DNA of 63,030 nucleotides, filler included, from Octopus bimaculoides (lineage: Eukaryota): the NCBI RefSeq assembly GCF_001194135.2. It is 6 parts of 6 records of this genome, joined end to end, with 100 filler letters (N's around TTAATTAATTAA, not from the genome) between each part and the next. Parts side by side here need not be neighbours in the genome. Positions count along the whole stretch, not along the records: positions 1 to 18,939 come from NC_068985.1; positions 19,040 to 36,032 come from NC_068981.1; 4 more parts are not named here. The stretch is one strand, 5' to 3'. Below the pieces are notes generated by a model. It searched no databases. It had not been told where the DNA came from and saw nothing but the letters and a program-made list of their open reading frames with translations. This document shows positions 14,516-27,688 of the stretch, piece by piece (positions within the stretch are counted from its first letter, which is position 1; every line of letters starts with the position of its first letter). The position numbers were made by a program, and so were the translations under genes.

Positions 14516-16399
14516 TACACACATCACAGATAATAGAAAGTTCTTTACAACTATAGTATTCATCAAATGATTGACTTTTGACTTTAATCTTTCATCAATT
14601 CAATTTCACCCATTCCTTCATTGTATACTAAAGGAATTGTTTCAGAAGAAATGCAGGCAAAAAGCTATTTTTTATGCATTTCTTTCTTATATGGCCGAGT
14701 TAGACATTAAACTTCACAGTATTTGTTTTTGTCCTAAATTATCCAGTGAGCTTTTATTCTGTCCACAATGAATGGGATCCTGCTGATCGTTATCATTTTC
14801 AATTGAAAGAAATTAATTTATTTGCATTCACAGAAAAGTATCTTCATATAGTAACCCATGAATCATAATTGATTATTCATTTCTTCCTGAACATTTATTG
14901 TTCGTGTGTTCTGTCTGTTTGTCTTAATTTTCTCACTCACTTAAGGTGGCATCTGACCATTGAATGCTTCATTGATGAATCAGAAATTTGGAAACTCCAT
15001 TCCTGTTGATAACTGCGAGAAACCATTGCATCCAAATTAAGAACAAACACTATTTTATTTGATTTAGCTTAATGTGTGGAATACTTCAATTCTGAAATCA
15101 GAAACTGAATGAAATCTCTTTAATGCCTATTTCACAAATATAGAAACTTTCTGCGGAGATGCAATTAAAAAAAAAAAAAAGAACTTGACAAAGAATAATC
15201 TAAATAGGAACTGTGCTAACACTTTTATATTCTTAAATCTATCTCTCATTCTCTCCCCCACCCCATCTCTCTCTCTTTTTATTTCTCTCTGGTAACTTAA
15301 AGGTGGTTTCTGATTGTAAAAGCATTCTCTCTTACTAAGCAAATGTTTTGCTTTGTGATTTTTTTCTTTTTTTTTTTTTGCTCTTGAATCAATACGAAAT
15401 TGTAACATTGAATATGTTCATATAAAAACTGCTACCTATTATTGTATGACGTATAGAAAGTACAGAAATTGTAATGACATTTCACCTTCTAATTAGAATT
15501 GTATTAAGTAGTAGTCCTACCATATAGCATTCAGACAAAGTTATATCAAAGGCACAAAGTAGAGCCAAGTGACACTTAACAGTCAGGAAATCCTAAGTAG
15601 TTGACTTTTTCAAATGATAGTCTTCTGAATTGCTTGATTAATAGTGGTGTGTGTCGGCAAACATTAAGTTGAAAATAAAAACCGCAAAGATTGGCTATAA
15701 TAGGAAGTAGATTAGCATTATAGGCAGGATCTTAATAACAGACAAGGAGGAGTTACTGTTTATATGACTGAATAATGTATGAAAGTTATGCTGAAGGGTG
15801 ACCAAAGTAGAGAGGGAAGATGGTGAAATGTCGGAGGTCACAAAACGGAATAAGAAAGAAAAGGAAAACAGAAGAAAACAGAGTAAAATGGAAAAAATGA
15901 AATTGAAATTAAAAAGAATTGCAAGATAATGCACACACACACACACGCACGCACACATGCTATGGTAGACTCCTACAGCTTTTACCTGACAATTTCTACT
16001 CACAAGAAGCTTGAGTAGAAGACACTTTCTCTTTAGTCAAACTGATATAATCTAAAGTTGTAGGGAATGTGTTGAGAGAATGAGTGGAGACATATAAAGT
16101 GAAGGATTTTATTTTGTGAAGTGGGGTTGAGGTACTGCAGCTGCACTGATATTGCTGAGCTTGTTGAGGAATGGAAGTGAGGTTGTCAATTTGTATAAGT
16201 AGATACACACACACACACATACATATGTAATTGGTCAGGTGGCTGAACCAGATGAGGCCCAAGAACTGGTGTCAGCCCTTGTAGATTGGACCACTAAAAG
16301 CCTTGTAAATTGGACCACTAAATCTACAGAGTACAGATGTTCGATATAACTCAGTTGACATCAGATACAAGTCCACCTTCAAGCAGTTAAAGACTTGAT

Positions 16400-17090
16400 A
16401 AGACCAGCAGCACCTTGCTTGCCATCATTCTGTCTTAGAACCAAATAGTGGGACATGGTATCAATTCTGTACCCCCATCTCATCTACCAGTACCTCTGTA
16501 GATGACGAGTGCACTCACATTGGAGTGACTCATTGCCTCAGTCTCCACAGTGTGAGCCACACAAACATCATTGTGAAGTGGTAGGTGATGAATTCAGCCT
16601 GAATTGGTTATCCTGCAACCTGAGTATGGGCTAACTCCTTAGACATATCACTCTGAGTGACATAGTTAGAAGGGTCTGCAACACAACTGGTTTCCTGTCT
16701 TAGCTAGGGCCACTACGTCTTGACTGTAGGGAGAGTAAGTGTCCTGATGGAATCACATTCTTCCCATTTGGGGGAGGTAAATCCCTTGTCTGGGATGTGG
16801 CATGCAGCACAACATGTTCTCTGGCTCCAACCTAGCTGCATTGGCTGCAAACCCACCTGTAACATGAAGGAGAGAAAAGTCAGATACAGGGACCTGACTG
16901 GCAACTATCTGTTTGTGCCAGTTCCTGTCAATCTGTCAGGTGTTCTTGGACCCTGTGCTACCAATTTCTTTTGCAAAAATGGGACAGTAGTGGCCAGTCT
17001 CAGAAATGAGCCTGCAACGTAGCGTAACTGCTGTTGTGAGTATCACTGACCATTCTCTGTGGCAGCACCATTATGGTTATTACCACAGGG
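16400..17090 (+). mobile_element. CRE-like non-LTR retrotransposon 3' remnant (CCHC knuckle plus restriction-like endonuclease)
   Basis: Broken frames read PQCEPHKHHCEVVGDEFSLNWLSC, HITLSDIVRR, PDGITFFPFGGGKSLVWDVAC and ERKVRYRDLTGNYLFVPVPVNLSGVLGP. Confidence 0.75.
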
Positions 17091-18404
17091 GACAGCTGAG
17101 CACACCATTTGCTCTGGGGTGTTCCCCCATTTTCTGCTTTACACCCCCTTTTTCTTTCTTTTTGCCTCTTTTGTTTCTGTTTCTTTGAATTTAAATGTTG
17201 TCATTTAAAATGTTATCTGTTGTACAATTGATTGTAGAAATAACGCACATTTCTTTAGCCAATTCTGCCCTATTCGCTAAAGAATATATAATCTGAGAAT
17301 TCAAAAATTAGATAATATTTTATGTGTGGAAGATTAATTTGGTTAACTGTGCAGGTATTGGGGTGTCTGCGATATACAGAAGTGGCTTGAGAGATATTGA
17401 TAGGAATGTCGTTATCAATAAATAATGAGAGGATGTCTCCAATTGTGCAGATTTACTTGTGAGCTACCTTAATGCATCTTCTGGGAGACGCTATAACCAT
17501 TGTTAATGTCATTTATCAAGTTGCTCACTGCTAGATTGCTGCTGACATATTTTAGCTATAGAATTGTGATGGACCTTGCAAAGGGAAAAGTGTGTCACAT
17601 AAACCATTACTTCATGTTACGAATATAATTGTTTTGTTATTCTCAACTTTGCTCAAGAGAAACCAAAGGGATTTTGTGAAAGAAGAGTGAATATCATTTT
17701 TTTAGCCAATTCTGCCCTATTGGCTAAAGAAAAGCGATGATCTCAAGATTATAGCAGGGTGGATCCATCCTCTCATACTGTTAATATTTCTGTTTCAACA
17801 AAAAGCAACTACTTACAGTTTGATGGGAGAAGTGTTAATGGTAAATCTGAAGCAAACACATAAATAGCAGATAAATAGAAGCTTTGATGCTAATATTTTT
17901 AAACAATTGTTTACTAACTCCAAGCATTATTAGTTGTTTAAAATTAATCAATTTATACTTCCTATTAAAGTTGTTAATTAATCTGATAGTCATCGATAAA
18001 AAAAAATTCACTGAGTACCAGAGGTCTTTTTCAAATTTATTTAGAAAATTTGTAACTAGAGGCATGAAAACTTAAAATGCTGTGCATCTGTCATTGACAC
18101 TTCTATTTATCTGCTCTTAAAAATTAATTTGGAAAGACACACACACACACACACTCACACATTCTCCATTTGTATCTCTGTCTTTCTGTCTGTTTCTCGT
18201 TGATCATTCTTTCACTGTTTTCCGCCTACATCTAATGAGTTGGTATGTACAGTTATGAGAATTTGTATATTTAAAGAATCTTCTTTACACGGCTTTTGTT
18301 AGTTTGACATTATCAATTAAAAAGAAAACTTCGTTGATATTGTGAAGAGGTAATGATGTTATTCATCCTTTCTTTTATTTCAGCCTGGGTTTTATGAATG
18401 ATAA

Positions 18405-18690
18405 AAGTTGGCACTCTGTCAGTTACAGTGACAAGAGTTCCAGATGATTTGATCAGCAGAACAGCCTGCTTGTGAAACTAATGTGCAAGTAGCTCAGCTT
18501 GCCACAGACGCATGTAATCTAAACATAGTCCTCATGGAGATGTAGCATGACACAGAATGTGACAAGGCCGGCCTTTTTGCCAGCTTAACAGGTTGGAGCA
18601 ACGTGAAGTAAAGTGTCTTACTCAAGAAATCAAACTCCTGACCTTATGAGCTTGAGCTAAAATACACTAACCACTGAGCCTAGTGCCTTC
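18405..18690 (-). mobile_element. CpG-decayed copy of the same SINE family
   Basis: Aligns to the reverse complement of 40011/52172, with nearly all CpGs changed to TG/CA. Confidence 0.8.
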
Positions 18691-18939
18691 ACTGTCAACC
18701 ATTACATTGGTTATTTAAAACGGTCAGCATTGGAATGATTATTTTCTAATCAGATTAAATGCTTGGAAGAATGGATAGTTTTTTTTTTTTTACTTGTTTC
18801 AGTCATTTGACTGTGGCCATGCTGGAGCACCACCTTTAGTCAAACAAATCGACCCTAGGACTTATTCTTTGTAAACCTAGTACTTATTCTATTGGCCTCT
18901 TTTGCCAAACTGCTAAGTTACGGGGACGTAAACACACCA

Positions 18940-19039
18940 NNNNNNNNNNNNNNNNNNNNNNNNNNNNNNNNNNNNNNNNNNNNTTAATTAATTAANNNNN
19001 NNNNNNNNNNNNNNNNNNNNNNNNNNNNNNNNNNNNNNN
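18940..19039. other. Scaffold-join spacer (44N-TTAATTAATTAA-44N)
   Basis: Identical 100-bp construct at five positions; stops in all six frames. Confidence 0.95.
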
Positions 19040-19043
19040 TATA

Positions 19044-19075
<32 letters not shown>

Positions 19076-19299
19076 ACGATATATATGCATGTGTATGTGC
19101 ATAGTACAACAGATATGTGTGCGTGTTTGCGTCCGTGTGCATGCGTCCGTGTGCGTGCGTCCGTGTGCGTGCGTCCGTGCTTGCGTCCGTGTGTGCGTCT
19201 CTGTGTGTGTGTGTGTGTGTGTGTGTGCATACACGTGTATATGCGTGTGTGTATGTGTGTTTGTATGCACGAAGTAATTTATTTCGAATCGTGTTGATA

Positions 19300-19468
19300 A
19301 AGCCTACTCATTGAACGTTCGCATGTGCTTTTGTCTTCTACAACATTATCATATCGTACCACTTCTACGGCACGTGTAAGGCCATGTGTATATCAACATA
19401 TACCGATGTATCGATCTGTTACTCGTGAAAGCATATTCAATATGCGAGCCACATTTGTATTCTTTCAT
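19300..19468 (-). pseudogene. Degenerate C2H2 zinc-finger remnant
   Basis: MKEYKCGSHIEYAFTSNRSIHRYMLIYTWPYTC keeps F-x5-hydrophobe-x2-(H)-x3-(H)-T..PYxC spacing, with both His replaced by Tyr (single C>T changes). KHMRT follows in another frame. Confidence 0.4.
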
Positions 19469-19686
19469 TTCGGCGTTAGTCCGTCTCTGTTTCTTTCCTC
19501 ACCGGTCTGTAAAACTACACGCGCGCACACGCACTCATATACACACACGCACAAGCACACATTCACACATTCACACATTCACACATACACACACACACAC
19601 ACATATGCACACACACGCACGCACACGCGCGCGCACTGACACGCAAGCGTACTAACACATGTGCATACACACACACATACATATAA

Positions 19687-19729
<43 letters not shown>

Positions 19730-20244
19730 NNNNNNNNNNNNNNNNNNNNNNNNNNNNNNNNNNNNNNNNNNNNNNNNNNNNNNNNNNNNNNNNNNNNNNN
19801 NNNNNNNNNNNNNNNNNNNNNNNNNNNNNNNNNNNNNNNNNNNNNNNNNNNNNNNNNNNNNNNNNNNNNNNNNNNNNNNNNNNNNNNNNNNNNNNNNNNN
19901 NNNNNNNNNNNNNNNNNNNNNNNNNNNNNNNNNNNNNNNNNNNNNNNNNNNNNNNNNNNNNNNNNNNNNNNNNNNNNNNNNNNNNNNNNNNNNNNNNNNN
20001 NNNNNNNNNNNNNNNNNNNNNNNNNNNNNNNNNNNNNNNNNNNNNNNNNNNNNNNNNNNNNNNNNNNNNNNNNNNNNNNNNNNNNNNNNNNNNNNNNNNN
20101 NNNNNNNNNNNNNNNNNNNNNNNNNNNNNNNNNNNNNNNNNNNNNNNNNNNNNNNNNNNNNNNNNNNNNNNNNNNNNNNNNNNNNNNNNNNNNNNNNNNN
20201 NNNNNNNNNNNNNNNNNNNNNNNNNNNNNNNNNNNNNNNNNNNN

Positions 20245-20292
<48 letters not shown>

Positions 20293-20761
20293 TCATACAC
20301 ATACAGACACATACATAGTCACACATACACATTCACACGCACGTGTGCGCAGTAACATACACGTACAAACACACACAATACTATATAATTTTATGTGCAA
20401 CTATTTACATATACACAGACACACAGACACGCACAGACATACACACGAATACACATGCATATACACACACATATATCTTTACATATGCACATACATATCT
20501 GCATATCTGCATATGCATTTTTACATGTGTACGTACATGATTGTAGGTGTGTGGGCGTGTGTATGTGTCTGTATGTATGAGTGTGAGCGTGTGCATGTGA
20601 ACATGTGTATGTGTGTATGTATATGTGTGTGTATGAGCGTGTGTGTGAGCGTGTGTGCGTGTGTACGTATATGTATGTATGTGTGAGACTACAGACAAAG
20701 AAACAGCAATAGATGTGGGCAGACAGAGTGGGAGAATAATACATAAGGGTGGGTGCAAAGA

Positions 20762-20768
20762 TAGAAAG

Positions 20769-20836
<68 letters not shown>
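20762..20836. repeat. (GATA)n microsatellite
   Basis: Directly visible. Confidence 0.95.
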
Positions 20837-20838
<2 letters not shown>

Positions 20839-22784
20839 CCAGCTAGCTAGTTAGCTGGCAGCTAACTAATCAAGTGGGTTGGTGACTTGTTAAAGTAGCT
20901 AGCTGCTAGCTAAATAAATTCTAATCATTATTGCATAACAATAGTTTTATAAAAGCGCAAGAACAGTCTAGCTAGTGAGAATCTTAGGGGGGAAAAAAGC
21001 AACTGATTTTTATTATATTTTAAGACTAGGACTTTGTTTTTTAAAATATCGTTTTTCATTATATCTCAAGTATTCTCTGCTTTTTCACTGACGCCTGTTA
21101 AACTTTTCTATCTAATCTCCTGGAAAGAACCCCAAAAAAAAAACAAAGATGAAAGAAAGAAAATCACTGTCACATCTTCCTGGGTTGTTTGAGGTGACAA
21201 TAAGAATTTCTCTGGAAAATATCAGCTTATTCGTTGTCGATTCTTGCTTGAATTTCTTTCATCTTCCTGCAGCAACTGTCTATGAGAAGTGCGAAATATA
21301 TCGATTTTTATAATTTCGATTATTTCAGTCACCTACGCGAAGAAAGATGTTGCACCTTTGAGTAAAAGCTGGGTGAGGAGATAACATGAAGCAGCATGTG
21401 ACTGCAAACTTGTAAATTGAGAATGCTACACAGGGTGGGTATCTTGTCTCCGATGATACTACGCTGTATATACACGACAAAGACACTAGTTTATTGATAG
21501 CTCGTATCAATTAGCTGTAAATAGATAGCATACCTATACACATCTTACTACCATCGAACTAACGGGGAGCCTCCGCTACGCAGTCATTTCAACATGCTAG
21601 AAATAGCAACTAATTTTTTTTTTAATCAAACTCTATAGTCTTAAAACTAGGTAAGAAAAGAACCGAAAAGTTTAATCATGGATATATGTATCTGATCTGT
21701 CACACCAGGGCCGAGGCTGAACAAGAACACCGATATTATCACCGTTTCTTGAAGTGAGAGTCCTGCATAATTTCAAGATTGCTTCTTGAGCTCATAGATC
21801 GAAGTTCGAATCTTTCTGTGAGCAACAGAAGACAACGCAAAATAAAGCAAAAATAATAATTATTATTTCTTCAGTATTTCTTCGCACTCACGTCCTTAGT
21901 CGGTGCTGAAATAGGCAGAACAACCAAAAGTTCAATTTCAAACGTGACTCACACATTCAACAATATAATACAACAGTGAAAAGTGAACCAACAACAGTAA
22001 GCTCTTCCTCAAATCACACTCTACTGTCTTGAAAAAAAAGAAAGGAAGGACGCATTGATTGTTGATGCTAGATATACTGTTTCTGAAGAAAAAAAAACAT
22101 ATGGGACGGTCACGGTTGGAGCGCCTATTGATAGTTCGTCAGTGGGATAAGTTATCTGACCTACAGTTAAGCAACAGCAGTAACAACATATTGCGCAACG
22201 ATGACACGCAGTTACATGAAACATATCATTTATTTAATCAGCCAACGAACGTGTGTCTCTAGGCAGTCATTCGGCCTGCAAAACGTAGTAGATAAATCGT
22301 GCTTCAATCACAACACTAGAAAAATAAAAGGAAGGCATTTATTGGATATGTAGTCATCGCTACACTGTACCTGAAAAGATAATAAAAACAAGTAGTTACT
22401 GCCTAAGAACATTTGAGCATCTGTCTAATTGATAAAAAGTTCACAAGGAGGTAAATGACTGCTTCTAATTTAGGCACAAGGGCAACCGTTGTGAGGGGGA
22501 ATGTTGGTACTTTACTTTATCGTCCCCGGAGGAATGAAAGGCAAAGTTACCGTGGCGAGAGTTTAAGAGCTGAAAGCGCAACACATTTTGTCCAACGCTC
22601 AAATGATTGTGACAATCCCTCGCTTTGCTTGTAATATNNNNNNNNNNNNNNNNNNNNNNNNNNNNNNNNNNNNNNNNNNNNNNNNNNNNNNNNNNNNNNN
22701 NNNNNNNNNNNNNNNNNNNNNNNNNNNNNNNNNNNNNNNNNNNNNNNNNNNNNNNNNNNNNNNNNNNNNNNNNNNNNNNNNNNN

Positions 22785-22821
<37 letters not shown>

Positions 22822-23497
22822 TATAGTGGAGCGCTCAGCTATTTGTACGCTCATTTCACGAGCAGATTGTTCCGTTGATCATATCAACTGGAACAATCGC
22901 CGTCATAACCGACGGAGTACCAGTTATATATTACCTATGTATGTATGTATGTATGTATGTATGTACGTATGTACGTACGCATGCGAGCATCTATCTATTG
23001 GTCTATATATATATATCTATATACACACACACATATGGGTGCAGGACGTCACCAACGGTGAACATGAAATACGAAAACAAATGAGTTAAGTACGCAAACA
23101 ACGAGAGAAAAAATGGAAAACAGGACAAGTAACACAAACAACGACCCTTCATCAGATGTCGTCTGTCTTATATATACATATATATATATATATATAAGAA
23201 AGTTAGGGGTTGTGAATCCAACCCACTAAGGAATAATATCTATCCAATATACAGCTGGGAGAATACCCAATTATTATTATACTTGTGTATTTTCATTGCA
23301 TGACAATTACATTACCAAGTACAATAAATGGGTGAGGGTAAAAAGGTATTTTATCATTAATTTATAGAGCAATAAGAAAATGGAGGGGATTAATAGGTGG
23401 TATTCATCAACTTATAGTCATTATATTATGCTATAATTGTCCTTTTAGTAAATAAACAAGTAAATTGACATAATATAATGTCTNNNNNNNNNNACTG

Positions 23498-23545
<48 letters not shown>

Positions 23546-23549
23546 AATG

Positions 23550-23587
<38 letters not shown>

Positions 23588-23756
23588 TACATTTATATAT
23601 ACATACACATATATATATACATTTATATATATATATGTGCGTGTGTGTGTGTGTATACAGGTATATGTATACACATACACACGCACGCACACACACATAT
23701 GCACACACGCACACACACATATAAATACATGCACACACACACATATACATACACAT

Positions 23757-23795
<39 letters not shown>

Positions 23796-24238
23796 GTCAG
23801 TTTGAGGACATAGTGTCCTCCTTAGGGATTATAAAATCCAGAGATCAACTGGTGTTATCAATGATATATTGGGAGAATTCTCTCAATATATATATGGATA
23901 AACAGTCTAATATACATTTATTATTATATATTCACAGGAATACAACTTTAATTCCGTGAAAAATATGTAAGCATTAGGCTTTTACATGTGACTACACGGA
24001 AGAGATTTGGTCACCTTGGTGTTATTTTTTACATCAAACATTTTTAACATGGTTCGAACCCTCCGAAGCACTGTTTACATAGTGACCTGATTGAAACATA
24101 TGTAGGCACTTCTTATGCTTATTTTATGTTAATGTATGTTCATTTAAATTTTATTTGTATTACACTATTTGCTATGGTCATATTGTGATACAAATAAAAT
24201 ACGTATCCACAATATTTTCTCTCCGTTTTCTTATAGTA

Positions 24239-24277
<39 letters not shown>

Positions 24278-26044
24278 NNNNNNNNNNNNNNNNNNNNNNN
24301 NNNNNNNNNNNNNNNNNNNNNNNNNNNNNNNNNNNNNNNNNNNNNNNNNNNNNNNNNNNNNNNNNNNNNNNNNNNNNNNNNNNNNNNNNNNNNNNNNNNN
24401 NNNNNNNNNNNNNNNNNNNNNNNNNNNNNNNNNNNNNNNNNNNNNNNNNNNNNNNNNNNNNNNNNNNNNNNNNNNNNNNNNNNNNNNNNNNNNNNNNNNN
24501 NNNNNNNNNNTATATATATATATATTACTATAATAAAACGGATAACATTACTTGTCAGAGTCTCTGCATGATTGTTCATCCAGCAAGGAATAACAGCTAA
24601 ATCTTCCTCAAATTACACATTACTTTATAAAATTAAAGAAAATATACATTTGATTATGTAGTTCTGGAGCCATGTTTCTCAACATTCCGCTCCATTACAA
24701 TCAGCTTGTGCTTCTTAGAAAAGTATAATTTTATTTTCTTAATTTTTTTGAACAATCACAAGGTTAAAAATTGATAAATTTATAAGAAATCAATTTTACT
24801 CCATCAAAACATACTCCGTAGAGTTGTTGTTTTTTTAACAATCCTATAGAATTTAAATTGTGTTCATTTCTTTATATCAGCATTAATTTGAAATTACAAT
24901 ATTCTATCATTGAGAGAACAAAGCGAATTTTTTTTAACGGTACGTAAGCGACCACCAAATTAAGCAAATTATCCTAACACAGAAATTAGGTTCAAATTTT
25001 GGCACAAGTCCAGAAATTTCGGTGCAGTAAGGAAGTCGATTACATTGATCCCGGTGGTCAACTAGTACTTATTTTATCGATTCCGAAAGGGATGAAAGAC
25101 AAAGTCGACCTCAGATGAATTTGAACTCAGAACATAAAAACGGCTGAAATGTTGCTAAGCATTCTGCTCGGCGTAAATTAATACAGAAATTAAGATCATA
25201 ACAAGAACAGCGAACGAGGGAAATTCGAACGCAGGACGATAGCTATGAGATGTAGAATAAAAGATAAATTGATACCATAAGAATTAGAATTCAAAGTAAG
25301 TATACATCTATCTTGCTAATGGAACCATAACTGGCACTCCGTCCGTTACGACGATGAGTGTTCCAGTCAATCAGATCAATGGAACAGCTTGTTCGTGAAA
25401 TTAACGTGCAAGTGGTTGAGTATTCCACGGATACGCGCACCCTTGACATAATTCTCAGGGAGACTCGGCCCTTTGAAATATAGCTCATTTTTGCAAATTG
25501 AGTGGACTGTGTCAACATAAAATATAGTATTTTGTTTAAGGACACAACGCACCGCCGAGAATCGAACTCACGACCTTGAGCCGAATACTCTAAACACTAC
25601 ATCACGCGCCTATACACTTAAAGACATGGGTGGAGAGAAAGACTAAAAAATATTATTCTTTCCATATCACGTGAATTTAAACAGAAATTAAGCTATTTTG
25701 CATAAAATCATATTCGTAGCTCTTTCTTTTGTTCAGATAAGATATTCCTACCACGGATGTCTAATGATGCTAAGCGCTCTTTGACAAAGAAAATAGCGTT
25801 CTAAACATACTCCTAAAATGGAGTGGTGGCCACAACTAGAATTACCTTGATCCGGTCAATGACAACGCATTTCTTGTCTTTTGACAATACTGATTCATGT
25901 ACGATTTAGATATATAAGCAGTTGCTGTTGTCGTCGTCGTTTAGCCCCAGGCCAGCACTGATAAAGTATACCTATGATCAAAGGATTTTCACTGATGAGT
26001 AACCTGTTTTTATACATACACACGTACATACATACATACATACA

Positions 26045-26080
<36 letters not shown>

Positions 26081-26556
26081 TGTAAATATATAAAAACAAA
26101 AAGATAAAGAGAGCAAAGGTAAGGTTGGAGAAGTATTTTATGGATAGAGTCTTACAGCTGTTTCTGGGAAGATCCAGTACTTCCCTTCATCGGAGACAGA
26201 AAAAATAAAGTAATCTATTATTATATCCATAGGNNNNNNNNNNNNNNNNNNNNNNNNNNNNNNNNNNNNNNNNNNNNNNNNNNNNNNNNNNNNNNNNNNN
26301 NNNNNNNNNNNNNNNNNNNNNNNNNNNNNNNNNNNNNNNNNNNNNNNNNNNNNNNNNNNNNNNNNNNNNNNNNNNNNNNNNNNNNNNNNNNNNNNNNNNN
26401 NNNNNNNNNNNNNNNNNNNNNNNNNNNNNNNNNNNNNNNNNNNNNNNNNNNNNNNNNNNNNNNNNNNNNNNNNNNNNNNNNNNNNNNNNNNNNNNNNNNN
26501 NNNNNNNNNNNNNNNNNNNNNNNNNNNNNNNNNNNNNNNNNNNNNNNNNNNNNNNN

Positions 26557-26588
<32 letters not shown>

Positions 26589-26615
26589 TGTAAACAATCA
26601 CAGACAGAAGGACAC

Positions 26616-26646
<31 letters not shown>

Positions 26647-27450
26647 CAGGGTGTGATGAGTAAATTGTCGTCATTTTATATTTCTAATTTCACGCATGCG
26701 AAAATTGGGCACCGTCTGTGAGAAAAACAGCACCATGACGCAATTCACTCTGCCAGAAATTTAGAAACGACATGCTGTACTGCTTGGTATTCGCGCCGGA
26801 AACTCCAATACTAATATTTCAGAGTGTTTGAGTGTCACTCCGTGGAGAGTGTATGTACTGAGAGTGATAAAAATCAAACATCCAGTCGACATCATGTTGT
26901 TTGGAGTGATCACTAGTGATAGCGCTGTTATGCTTCCATTCATCTTCCCACACGGCCTCAGACTCCACACAGAAGCCTACATCAAGTGCCTGGAGGAGAT
27001 AGTACTGCCCTGGGTCAAGAGGACGACTGCTGGAAGACCCTATGTCTGGCAACAGGACTCTGTACCATAACACACAAGCAGGAGAACCCAGTCATGGCTG
27101 TCACACAATTTCTGCAACCACATCACGCCTAACATCTGGCCACCTAACTCCCCAGGCTGCAACTCCCTTGATTATTATGTGTGGGGCGCAGTTGAGCGAG
27201 AGAGCAACAAAACTTCGTGTAGCACCAAAGATGAACTGAAGGCAAGGATTATGGCAGCATTCATCAACTTAAACAAGGATACACCCCAGAAGAGTTGCAG
27301 GAGATTCCGAGGTCGTCTGGAGACCGTAGTTGAAGCCAATGGCGATTTTATTGAATAAATTTATTCTTTAGTATTTCAAGATATTTTTATGTAATTTTGG
27401 TAAATATATCTGTTAAAATGAGATGTCAGTGTTATTTTCACTTTTGCGTN
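26647..27450 (+). mobile_element. Tc1/mariner superfamily DD37D (maT) transposon, internally deleted and pseudogenised
   Basis: TA|CAGGGTGTGATGAG left end. WQQDSVP*H...WPPNSPGCNSLDYYVWG, with 37 residues between the last two Asp. Ends VEANGDFIE* at 27358. The N-terminus (ATG 26735) is fused directly to the mid-catalytic region. Right TIR is lost in the gap. Confidence 0.9.
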
Positions 27451-27688
27451 NNNNNNNNNNNNNNNNNNNNNNNNNNNNNNNNNNNNNNNNNNNNNNNNNN
27501 NNNNNNNNNNNNNNNNNNNNNNNNNNNNNNNNNNNNNNNNNNNNNNNNNNNNNNNNNNNNNNNNNNNNNNNNNNNNNNNNNNNNNNNNNNNNNNNNNNNN
27601 NNNNNNNNNNNNNNNNNNNNNNNNNNNNNNNNNNNNNNNNNNNNNNNNNNNNNNNNNNNNNNNNNNNATATATATATATATATATATA

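Noticed and set aside
18984-18995. TTAATTAATTAA as a regulatory palindrome or PacI site
   Set aside because: Assembly spacer repeated identically between Ns.
21270-21310. ATVYEKCEIYRFL resembling a c-type lysozyme N-terminus
   Set aside because: Stop follows immediately and there are no further lysozyme motifs.
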